Positions 36,967-48,600 of a stretch of 64,000 nt of DNA are shown one piece after another; position 1 is the first letter of the stretch; every line of letters starts with the position of its first letter. Source of the stretch: Nageia nagi (lineage: Eukaryota; Plantae; Pinophyta); the NCBI GenBank assembly GCA_050084985.1, contig JBITNC010000001.1, positions 20,212,001-20,276,000 of the forward strand. The letters are read 5' to 3'. The notes below the pieces were generated by a model, which had not been told where the DNA came from, did not search any database, and was given only the letters and a program-made list of their open reading frames with translations. Made by a program: the position numbers and the translations under genes.

Positions 36967-39047
36967 TGAATGTAAGTACGGGGTACGTTCACACCAATAA
37001 AATCGACTCGACGACTTCTCAACAAATAATATGCGAGAGCTCTGCGGCCAAGTATACAGGGTGATTCATTTTCCGCTTTTTTTTTTTAAGTTGTGCTGTT
37101 GTGTGTGTGTTTTTTTTGTTTTGCCTCTTCTTATAATCAGTTCTCCATGTAAATTTTAATTCTGCAGGTTTTCATTGGGTAGCTTCAAGTATGTTTTCAT
37201 GAGTTTGTTATTGAAGCAAATTATTATATACTCAGAGTATATTGGAGTTAACTGTCATATGAGTTATGGTTGACGTTTTTGATTGATCTTTAAATCTCAT
37301 CTATATCATCATGTTTGTTGCATTGGTGAAATATTTTGCACATTCCAAAAAGGTTGAGCGGTCGAATCCAGTTAATGTCTTAGGGTGACAAACGTTTTAT
37401 ATCAACATTTTTTAATTATAAAGATCGATGTTGTTTGCTACTTTATATAAGAGAAACAATCCATTTTTGTCAGTAGCAGAGTTGTCATCTAAGTGGTTTT
37501 TATTTTCTTCAATATCAGTTTATCACAAACTATTTCACTAGATCAAGGGTGGATAGAGACGTTAGACAAAAACTACGAGCACCAAATCATCTTTGTACCA
37601 ACAGGGTAACTAGACAACCGTACTAGTGGAACTTTGAAACTCTAGATTAGTGATGAACAAATCAACGATTTTTTCAGCAGTGATTCATCTGTCTCTTATG
37701 TTAGAAGAGATTATTTCTGAATGATCTCTCATCTTTGCTTAGCATGTTTTACATTTTTTGTATTTATTTTCTGTTTTCTCTTTGATTGAACACTTTTGAT
37801 CCACCTACTTGTAGTTTTCACTGTACTATTTTTCCAATCCTTTAATCATTTCTGACCCATGGTGAACATTAATAAGATTTTATTTCGTTTCTCCTGTGGC
37901 ATCATTATGTAGTATGTGCTCTGAAATTTCACGTAAATTAGATTCTTTGTTGGTGTTATTGGAAGCGACGAGAGGAAATTTATTTCAATTTAAGTGTTTT
38001 GGGTTAAATTGGCCGAAGAGCTGACTTCTGTTGTAGAAGTTGAAGGACAAAGATTTAATCTGCAGGTAAAAACAATAACAGAGTAAACAAACAGAGAGTA
38101 TAAACGGATTAATGCACTTACAGAATGAAAACTTGTTTTGTTACTCTGATGCAGGAGCATTAAACACTGAATGCGTACAGAGGAAATACATCAGTAGGGC
38201 CTAAAAATCCCACCTGCGGATAAACATTTGCGCAGCGATCCGAAGGAGAAAGGGAGGAGCTCCGGTCTGAGAGAAAAATTGAAATATGCGCTATATTACT
38301 TAGATTTTTATGCTTCTCATTCAACCTTAAGTTTTCCTGTGGGAGTTGATAAAAAAAGGATTTACGGTTTATATTAATGTTTGAAGACTTCAGGAAATGA
38401 ATGAGATAATGTCTCATTAATATTTAAATAATATTGTATGCCAAAATATTAATGTAATTTTTTTTGTTAGAAATTTGTCTTTTGAGGATTTAGGTATGTT
38501 TCAATTTTTAAAGGTAGAGAGAGTTTTAAACTTGAGCTTCTCATATCCAAGAGTTTTGAACTATACATCTCTCTAACTTTCTTATCCGTCAATTCATATA
38601 TTAATGTAATTTGGAAAAGACATTAATAGAAGTATGATTTTTTTTTTGGTATAATGAAGTGATTTTAATTATTGTCTCAAATTTTTATTACCTTTATATT
38701 TAGTGCCTCTTACTTGGTGGATTTAAACTAATTACTAACAATTGTTAAAGTGGAATTAATTAATTCATAAATTACAAATTACATTTATTAACTAATTAAA
38801 GTTCGGATTATTTGGAGTTTTGGAAATAGTAAGTTAGATTAAGGTAATAAATGGGAAAGTGCTTCAATGTGGAGGTTAAGTTGTGGAATATGCTAATGAG
38901 AGAGGTTATATGGTAAATGAAGTTAAGGTGTGAACTTCATTCTTGGTGCTTAGACTTAGCTAATAGTTGTAGATAGGTATACATCAAAGTGTAACCCTTT
39001 ACTTTGGATTGGATCCAGGCCTATCACATGATCAACACTATGCCATA

Positions 39048-39950
39048 TGGTATGAGAGCATAGTTAGATTTAGGGAAGAAGGATGTTGTTAGGGGAAGAG
39101 AAACCTAGAGGATAATAAAGAGGAGGTGTATGAATTGGTCGAGGAGGCCATAGGCAAAATAGACATAATGTTAGAGAAGAAACATTAGGGTAAGAACTAT
39201 GAGAGATGTAGGAATGTCTAGAAACTATAGAGGGGGTAACTGATTTATAGGATGTGGATAGAAGTAATTGTAGAGTAAGGAGATATGTATATTTGGAAGA
39301 TAGTCAAATCAATTCAATTGAGAAATGTACCAACTCAAATAAAGAAGAATATGCTCTTGAAGTGAAACTTGTTAAGGCAATAATAAAGATGAGTAAACTA
39401 ATAATGTATTTACTTAATTATGATTGAAGCTTGGACCCTAAAGAGCTTATTGATTAGATAATGGAATTGGAAGAGTACATTAACTTGGAAAATATGGAAG
39501 ACGATATGAAGGGCAAGTTGGCCATTACTAATTCGAAAGGACATGCATCCTTATAATGGAAATAAATTCAAAAGAAAAGCATAAGAAAGGTAAAGAAAAG
39601 ATCAAGTCTTGGAACAAAATGGTATGATACTCAAAAAGAAATTTTCTTCCTTTAGATTGTGAGTTGGACTTGAAAATTATAAAATCTTTGACAAAAGGAG
39701 ATGCATGTGAAGGATTACATAAAGGAATTTTATTAGTTATCTATTAGAGTAAGACATATTAAGGATACCAAGGAGCAAGTCTCAAGATATGTGAATGGGA
39801 TGAGATAATTAACTATTTAAGATGAATTAGGATTATTAAACATTCATTTACTAGATGAGGCATAAGAATATGCTTTAAAGGTTGAATATAAGTTAACAAG
39901 GAAGGTAGGTAAGAATTCTAACCAAGAAAAGGTAGAGGAATACCATCAAC
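39048..39950 (+). mobile_element. CRM-like chromovirus gypsy 5' remnant (Met PBS plus gag)
   Basis: PBS TGGTATGAGAGC at 39048-39059. gag SLDPKELID*IMELEEY...KLAITNSKGHASL*W...KIKSWNKMV...VKDYIKEFY*LSIR...QVSRYVNGMR. Confidence 0.8.
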
Positions 39951-39959
39951 ATAAGAAGG

Positions 39960-40560
39960 GTGTAGGCCCTCATGACACTATGTGTATGCCCCTAAAAGAG
40001 ATAGATATTGCTTGCTGGTTTAAACTCTATGTGATGGTTCTTATCGATACCATCTTGTGTAGCAATAAGAACCACAAGTACTTTCACATTGGCTTCAATC
40101 CTATTATGCTAAGGATATACCTTTGTGGGGAGAGATATGCATGGATAACCTACATACTAGAGATGGTTTACATGTATCTTCACAATTTTATATTGTGATG
40201 AAGGAAGGCAAGATAGTGGCTCATTCTTTTATTCTACAAGATTGGGTGTATGAGCACATAAATGTAGCTCAGACCTACTATGAAAAAGGTGAACATGCCC
40301 CACTGATTTTTATCATAGACCACATAGTGAATGGGATGACATTAGGAGTAGAGTAGTATCCTAGGTTACTTGATTTGTTGGATGAAGATTACCTTAATTA
40401 GGACCCCTACTTTGACTTACCTATGTGGGAGGAGTTAGATGATGAGCTATTATGGAGCATAACTTCTTATGATATCCATGAATATCGATAGGTGACATAC
40501 TTCTATAAGCCAGATAGGGTGTTAGGTTAGTTCAACATGATGCAGGATGTGCTTGTGCCT
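39960..40560 (+). pseudogene. Second PMD remnant (C-terminal part)
   Basis: ERYAWITYILEMVYMYLH...ILQDWVYEHI...DPY...FYKPDRVLG*F matches PMD motifs YAWG...LY..L, LLQ.W.YEH, W.PY and PDRV.RQFG. Confidence 0.8.
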
Positions 40561-41049
40561 AGGTGTGATCAATTATGGCCCGATATTATAAGCATCAAAC
40601 CATTTCAATAAGGATTTTAGTTGTATCATCATGGAGTGTAGAGTGGGAGGCATCAACAGACCATGCCCCCAGAGTACTCACCCCACATCATTAATACAGT
40701 CTAGAGTACCAATGATGGTGGGACTCAATGAGGCTTATGCCACAAGTCCTCATGGACAAGGAGGAGAGAGATGAGGTAGAGGGGGAGGAGAAGGAGGAGG
40801 AGTCAATGGAAAAGGATGAGTCTATGGATGTTTGTGATTCACCACCATCTACCCAAATAATGGATCCTACCATGTCATCCACATTAGGAAAGAAAGAAAG
40901 AAAGAAATTATATTAATGCCCTCAATTGACCAAAAGTGGTCAATGGGACTAGCATGTATAGTTCTACTGAAAAAGACAACTAAATTTTAATGGGCCTTTT
41001 CTAAAGAAAGAAAAAAGATTTGAGCTAAATCAAAATTTCTAGGTTAAAG

Positions 41050-42696
41050 AACCCCACCCTAGTGGGAGGGAGGGGGTACAAAATCTAAAACATCCATAGA
41101 GAAGTCATCTTGAGCATATCTAAGAGGGGAGTATGTTAGCGTACTCTGGTTCAAGGAGGGTTCATGCTTGTCCATGGGTGAAGTGCTTGAGGTGCTGCTA
41201 GGTGGAAAGAAAGAAGTGATCCAATGAGTCCTCAACAACTCCAACATGCTCTATAAGCATCTCCTAGTATGAAAGAGTGGTTATGGAAGAATAATGTAAT
41301 GCATGAATTACCAGGGGGATGCTAAGCTTGAGCTAGGAGATGTCTCCATAGGAGGAAGAACTCTTGAAGGTAAAAGGATAAGCATCATTGATCTAGGTAC
41401 CTGATGAAAGAAGTAAGTGAACCATGTGAATTACAGAAGAGATAATGGTATCGAATCCTGATCTCATAATAGATTGAGCATCAAAAGATAAAGTGATCCT
41501 ATGATTCAGTCTCCAAAGAGTAAAGGTGAAAGAATCGTAACTCTCTGGCTAAGTGGTGGTCTATCTCCACTAGTAGCTAGTGTGAGCATACTCAAAATTA
41601 TCTAAGATACATCCTCAACCCAAGGGGAAGATGTGAGATGATGTATCCTAGAGGAGAAATCCTACCATCCCCAACTTGGAGGTAGTGTTAGACATAGTGG
41701 TATAGCTTGGGTGATCACAATAGAGGGGTAGAACCAAGTAGCCTGAATGAAGGCTTTATACATCACATCCCAAATTACTATCAAAGAAACCCTAGGGGTA
41801 TGGGGTAAGTATGTCAGTGGGGAAGGTAGTCTATCAAGAGAGAACCCAAATATCATAAGCATAATAGATACCTTAGCATACCAGCATTGATGATAGCCTT
41901 GAGCCTCTAACTCCATGAAGGAGACTAAAGCTCTCACTAAAAGTCTAATAGAATATGTAACTTCCCCATGATCAAATAGATGCTTAAGGAAACATAGGTA
42001 GATGACGGTGGAAGCAAGGGCCCATATTAGGAGGGGCTAGAAACTAAACTCCTTGAGCATGATAAGGAAAGGTAATTTTCTCTTGCTTTGAATGAAGTGA
42101 TATAGGAAGGAGATCATTATCCACTTGATTGGGGTCCAACCTATTAAACTAGGACCCTAAATCTTGACCCCATATAAAGCTATAGGAATGACCAGGGTCT
42201 AGAAAAGTTCTAACTTAGATAAGATATCCTAAAACTTTAGTTGGATATACTACCTCTCCATGGTGGAGAATACTACATAACTCCATTAGATCCTAGGCAA
42301 TGTTGCCATCTACATAGAGAACCTGGGTACTGAGAAGAGCACCCCCAAGTAAAAGTATGAGGGAGTGATTTCAAAAATGTTATCACAAAAGATGAATTGG
42401 GTCTGATCCAAGGTTGTTTTTAAGACATTGAAAGCCATAAGCTTTATTTTTTTGGAAGAGAAAATTGACTTTGGTAGTTTTACTATGACATAGGACTAGA
42501 GGCTCAAATACTAGTGTTGTAGGCATAGGTATCAAGCCTAGAGGTACAGGTAATAGCTCAGGATCACTAGATTCTATAAATGTTTGATTCTTGGACTATA
42601 AACTACTATCTATCTCAATGTCATATCAGGGACATGCACATCATGGGAAATGCTGGTCATGCCCTACAGGGGAAGATAGAGACACTTTAATCTCTA
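41050..42696 (-). mobile_element. Highly degraded retroelement pol-like remnant (host of the 14.2-kb insertion; continues at 56938-57150)
   Basis: Weak aRH-like VLYVDGN at ~42300-42325 and RH-like VQLVPHMNPDKSIL at ~57065-57110. The two parts are joined by TSD CTCTA. Confidence 0.45.
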
Positions 42697-45600
42697 TATT
42701 GATCGATAGGATTAGTTGTTAGGGTTCTTATCTATAACCAAGAATCAATGGACAAATGGAAGAAAAGAACAAAAAACAAATACAAATAGTTAAACTATAA
42801 GAATAGAGGGTCCAACCTTTTATTATAATAATAGGATCGATTATAATGATATAATCATTACATAAATGACTCTCACTCTCTCTCTTCCACTCTATGATTG
42901 CTTCTCCTCATATCAATCCCATTTGGTGGATTATGGAGTCACATCCTTTCAATTAGAGTAGCTAACTATTAGTTGGTGATCATTAACTACTAGTTAGGGT
43001 TGATCAATTTACATAATGAAATTCTCTCCTACTAAAATCCTCCCCAAATTATTAATCAGGCTATTCCTTGAGTTGGGGTCTAATATCTTATACCATCAAT
43101 AAGAAATCATCAATGTAGGAAATCTCTATGCCTTCACTCTTATGTTATGCTTCATATCTTCGTAAGCAAACTCTCAATTCTCCTTTTGCACTATTTTTTC
43201 TTTACCCAATAGTCAGCAACACTATGTCATTGTTAGTAATGAAATAGTAGGTATAGTCATAGATAACCTTGGTTTCCAGTAATCAATCACTTATCCATTC
43301 GAACTTAAGAGGTTTCACTAGAAAACTAATTGGTATCACCCTAAAAGAATTTTAGAACTAATAATGAGTGGTGCAATCCAATATGATTTAGGCAGTTTGG
43401 CTAGGACAAAATTGTAATGCTTTAGTCATTAGATGGAATTCTGAGTCTTCTTTCAAAAATAACTATGAAGCATTTGCTTTTGTTAGTAACTTTTCCCCAT
43501 AGATATCCAACTTCCAAGTGTAAGAATTCCTCTTTTTAAACAAATCAATTTCAATTGTAACTAGAATGTCAATCAAAAGTTGAACTACTTTGTGCAAATC
43601 CAAATTGGCCTTACTGAAGATAAAGATTTCCCTTATTTTTTGATGGATTCTTTCACACTTTCAAAAGTCTTATTAGTTTCTCAGAAACCTTTTTCGATCA
43701 TTAGAGGTCTCAAATCTCTTGTTGGATTTGAGTTCTCCAAAAAGGAAAATTTTTTGGATTATTAGTGTTGGAATGGTAAGACGTAGTAAAACATGTAGTA
43801 TAGTTGAACACCACTCTTAAATGATGTAACCTTGCCAGGACCCATTCTTACACTCTATACATAGTAGGGAACTAGATCCAAAAATCTTGTCAATATTCTT
43901 GGAGAGAACATTTTGTAGCACATTTCAACCATACTCAAGGGGTTTCATAAGAAAAATGGAAGAAAAGAAATTAGAGTTTAGTTGATTCCCACTCATCCTT
44001 TAGAAATATTCTTTGAGATCCATATTTATTAGCAAGTCCTCCTCTTTGACACTCATCTTCCATTCATCTACTTTAGGTTGATACATTATTTATAGTATTA
44101 GAATTTGATCAAGTTAAGGCACGATTAGAAATTTATGCCATTCTAACTCGAAACATGGGAACAATTCATAGGAATCATGCTTTGCATCATAGGTTTCATA
44201 GTGGAAATGATACTCCAGTGAGGTCTCTTTTGAGGAGTGGTGTCTTCCCTACTCAGAAGTTTTATCTAAGGAAGTCACCAAGCACTTATATCTCTTTTTA
44301 TCAATTCCCTTTATAATACCTTTATTTCTATTCTCTCTAAATACTGATGTTTCAATTATGGTTACATTCTTGTAACCATTTTAACTACTTTTTAACTTTC
44401 TTCTTTTTAATACTTTTAGTAACATCTTCATGAATTTTGCATGATAAAAAGAGAGATGTACTTTGTTATATTTCTTCAAAAATGTTACAATCCTCCATGA
44501 ATTTTTCATCAATAACTACCTTCTATTTTTTGTGGGATTAATATTTCTTCCAAAAAGCTGCACATTACAATTTTTAACCATGGTACAACATAATTCTCTC
44601 TTGTAACATCACCAGTGGGAGAGTCAAGAGGAGGCTATTGACGTTATTGCTAAATAGGACTAAGGATTAGGGGAAATAGGTTAATGGGGCTAAACTAAGG
44701 TTGAGCAGAGTATTTTTCTCTTTGAAATATCCATACCCTTGTATCATGGTTGATTCTTCAATGGAATGCTTCCAACTAGGATTTGATTTGGATTATTTGA
44801 ATGGTGTCAATTGGCTCCTTGGTGAGCAACTCCTCTATTTGCTTTATTTTTTCAGCATGAAATTGATTTATCTATCTTAATTCTTTAAGTATTTTTCCTA
44901 CTGTTGCTTCCCATTCTTGTTTATTTTTCTCCAAAGTAACCATTTGACTATTGATCATATTTAGCTCTTGAGTTTATCATCTAACATGGGAAAATATTAT
45001 TATATTTCCTTCATTTGCATGATAAATTCATCCATTTTCTCATTTATGTATGAAAAATCAAGTTGTTTCTTTTGTTCTATGATCTATTCAATATTCGCAT
45101 AAATACCTCTTTATCTCTATAGATCACCTTCTAACTCTATGAAAAACTTACCCAATGTTTCTTTATATTATTCAAACTCGTACTCTTTCATTTGATGGAA
45201 GTTTTCTAACTCCATCTAATCTGAATCTACCTATTTTACCTCCTTTTTCAACTAATTGATTTCCTCTTTCATAGTGGTAAGTTGTTCTAACTCCTTCATT
45301 AGTTGGTCAACTTCCTCCCAAAGTTAATTTTTATGTTTGTTCAACTCAAATTTTTCCTATTTTTTTTGCTTGGAGGAGTTTTTCAATCATTTATTTTCCA
45401 ATATGTAACTCTTTAGTATCCTTGATAAATTTATGGGGAAGAGGGTTTAGTTCCTTCTCTTTCTATATATGGAATTATTCCATCCTAGCGTCAATGTCTT
45501 GGTATGATGGATCTATAGTTGTTTTCGTGCTTCCCAATTGTTGTCCTTCCCATAGCTTATCAATTTCATCCTTGGATATTTGAACATTAACCTTATGTGT

Positions 45601-48600
45601 GTTATTTATTTTGGTCATCTCTTCTTGGTGTTATTATTCCATTTGACTAATCTCTATTGCACATGAGGTACAATGGCCTTAAATTGGTCTTTGGTGGTAT
45701 GATATGGATGGAAGTTGATGGAAGGAAAATATTGTTTAAGTATGGAGAGAAGTTTGAGACATTGGTGGGTTTGGTGATTTTGGTAATGATGATGGTGACT
45801 AGATGCTCTAATTGTTTGGTTAGTTTATTCATTGAGATGGAAGGTAATTGACATGATTTTTAAGTTGATGGATGATGGATTAGATTCTCCTTATAAGTTC
45901 TATGTGTTGAAGTTTGTGGGCTTAGTGTAATGCCTCAATGTTCATATTTACCATTTTATTGATCAAATAATGTTCTATGATGAAAAATGGCTCATGTATT
46001 ACATACTACATTGTTGGTTTCCTACGTTATGAGCATCTAAAATGGGTAGGTTGAAGGGTTTGATGTAGTGGCTAATTGGTGCATTAAATATCTCAAGGTA
46101 TGCAATGTTACATGGGTGGTTGCTTATTCTTATTATGATGAAATAAAGAAGTAATATTTGTTGGCTACTAGTGGGTTTTTCTATTGGTTGAGTAGTGAAA
46201 ATGGTGGCTTCTACCAAATTATTCTAAAGTGGTATGGATAGTGTATGTGAAGTGGTGATAGTTATTGGTATGAAAGTTGATGGATTAGTGGGAATTGAAA
46301 TAGGAACATACATAACTATAGAAATGAGAACAAATGTTATTATAGAAATTAGACTAGTAATTGAGGTTGAGGAATCATAGCGTACTTGTATTGGTTGGGT
46401 TGTGTAGGTTGATTCATATCACTGAGTTTCTAGTGACAACTAAGCTTCTCCCTCAATGATCTTGTGTGTCACTTCTTAGTTATTGGAGACCTCTTTGTAT
46501 GCCCTTTTTGGAGGTTTTTGTGGGTAGTCGATTGTGCTTATTTCTCCTCTATTTTTAGGCCCTCATCAGCATATCTCCTTTTTCATTAAAGTTGAGAATA
46601 TTCATCCTCCATAGATTCAATGCCTGAGTCCCATTCCTTTTTCTTCATTTCACTTTCTAAAGATTATGGTACCATTTCGATAAACATTTTCATTACTTTA
46701 GCTTTTTGCTCCATTTCCTCCCTCTTTCTTTTAAGTTACTAAATTATCTCTTGGAATGTACTATATTCGATCATATATGAAAACTCATCTTCCATGTATG
46801 TTGACTTCAATTGGGTACACCTTAGTCATATTTTATCAATGGTCACTATGAAATACATCAAACTATTGTATGCCTTCATGTCAATGATAGCCTGCTTTGG
46901 TATTATTATGTGTCTCTAAATCATGTTTTGTACCTCCCTTATCCATGCAATGAAATTCACTACTCAATCATGTATATTGTTGTACACCTATATGATTGAT
47001 TGCATATTTTACATATCAATTTGTTCCATTATACTAACAATTTCCTCCTATATTTTCACTCTTTATTGAGCTTTTAATTTTGATTGCTCAAATGGAAATC
47101 ATTATAAAAGGTACATAAGCAAGGACAAGGAATGAGCCATACTTAGATTTGATGTTCTTCTTTACTATGTTTTTGACTAAATTATTGTTCAACCATATCT
47201 ACTATACAAAGATATCAATGAGGGGAAATTCTTTGTAATGGTTTATTATTTCATATGCCAAGATCGATTGGATCACCGTGATGCTATTAGGGTTCTTATT
47301 ATAATACAATCATTTGGAAATGAGTATCACTGCTACTTGAACATGAAATAGAATGATGAATATTAGTTTGATGGATTTCATGTTGGTCTTTGCACCCATG
47401 AGCTACTAAATTGTTATGGTTTTGATTGGAGCCCTCTTCTTAGTAAAATACTCATGGATGACTACTCTCCTTTTCAACTTGATAACATGCTCTACCACAT
47501 CCTTTGTAATTTGTTATGGTTTGTCCAGGTATAGTGTATTATTATGGTAGCGATTGTATATAAAGTTTATAACATTTGTAGAAATACAAAAAATTAGCAT
47601 TTTCATCAAATCCACCTCTTTGAATACTTTCAGTTGGTCTACCATCAACTTTTGTATATATACTTATGCCTCTAAGATCTTAGGATATTCTAGTTTCATG
47701 GTGTTGATGTACGATATTGACTCATCGATACCTACTACTTTGTATGGTACCCCCATAAAATGGTAGCCTAGCAATATTTCTATAAATAGATCTTTCTTCT
47801 AATTTACTAGGTGTTGTGGTTTTTGCTTTGGTACCATTTTCTTTGATTATGTATATAAAGTTTTTCCTTCATCACTTATAACTCCTTTGCTAGTGGCTGT
47901 ACAACTCTTCAATTCCTCATTAGAGCTCCCCTACTACTACTATGATGGTGGAATGGTTTTATGGGTTTTTCAATTATGGTATCCATTTTATAAGTTTGTG
48001 ATTTGGTGAGTGGTTTTGCATGTAGGTGGGTGGTATCATGATATGCTTGGTGGGTGTGAGAAACATGCATTGGTGGTTGAGGTGGCATGTCATATCCATT
48101 TATTAGTTTTGATGGTGGTGTATTGTGAGCTATTTTGATGTGATATGGATTTAATGCTCTTGTCCATTTTTGTACTCCCACTCATGTTAGATAGATTCTC
48201 GAGGTTAGATATGGGTGCCATGTCATGCATTTTTTATGATCTCAAGACCATTTAAATCTTTTGTTTGCATTCAATTTTATTTTTGCATGTAATGAAAAAT
48301 TAGGGGGGCTTTTCTTTAATTAATGGATTAATATGTCATGGGATTAATATTTTAGACCTAATTTTTCTATAAATAGGATTAACTCCATTCATTTTTTATT
48401 TGCTTTTGGTTGATCTATTTTGATGTGGTTAGAGTGATGGAATTAGAAGTGGCGATGGCACAACTATTGGAAGGTTGTGGAATCTTGAAACCTAGAACTC
48501 GAATAGATGCTATGATTCCTAGTAGAATGCTGCTATAAAGCTCGATAAGAGGTGGTAATATCAAAAGTAGCTAGTGCATTAGTAGCACTATCATGTGGGG

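Larger units (their letters stand above)
36245..38040 (+). repeat. Inverted duplicate of the PHT1 promoter and 5' leader, without the CDS
   Basis: The reverse complement aligns collinearly with 33152-33275, 30120-30555, 29730-29945, 29640-29728 and 29505-29650. Shared strings include ggatgagggcgagcta, tctgcggccaagt, cgtaaattagattctttgttggtg and gaagcgacgagaggaaattta. Confidence 0.95.

Noticed and set aside
37311-37670. Partial miR827-like strings (tgtttgttgcattggt at 37312, gtcatctaa at 37484, gatgaacaaatcaacg at ~37652)
   Set aside because: Each covers only about half a site, with too many mismatches or bulges. I see no convincing hairpin or target mimic, and no miR399/IPS1-type site either. 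psRNATarget or RNAfold would settle it.
38066-38154. Plus-strand GT...AG intron continuing the duplicated leader into a CDS
   Set aside because: The interior is A-rich rather than U-rich, and the following ATG gives only MRTEEIHQ*. The minus-strand reading fits plant intron composition better.
38160-38417. 85-aa minus-strand ORF
   Set aside because: Short, no recognisable motif, and it runs through the predicted splice donor.
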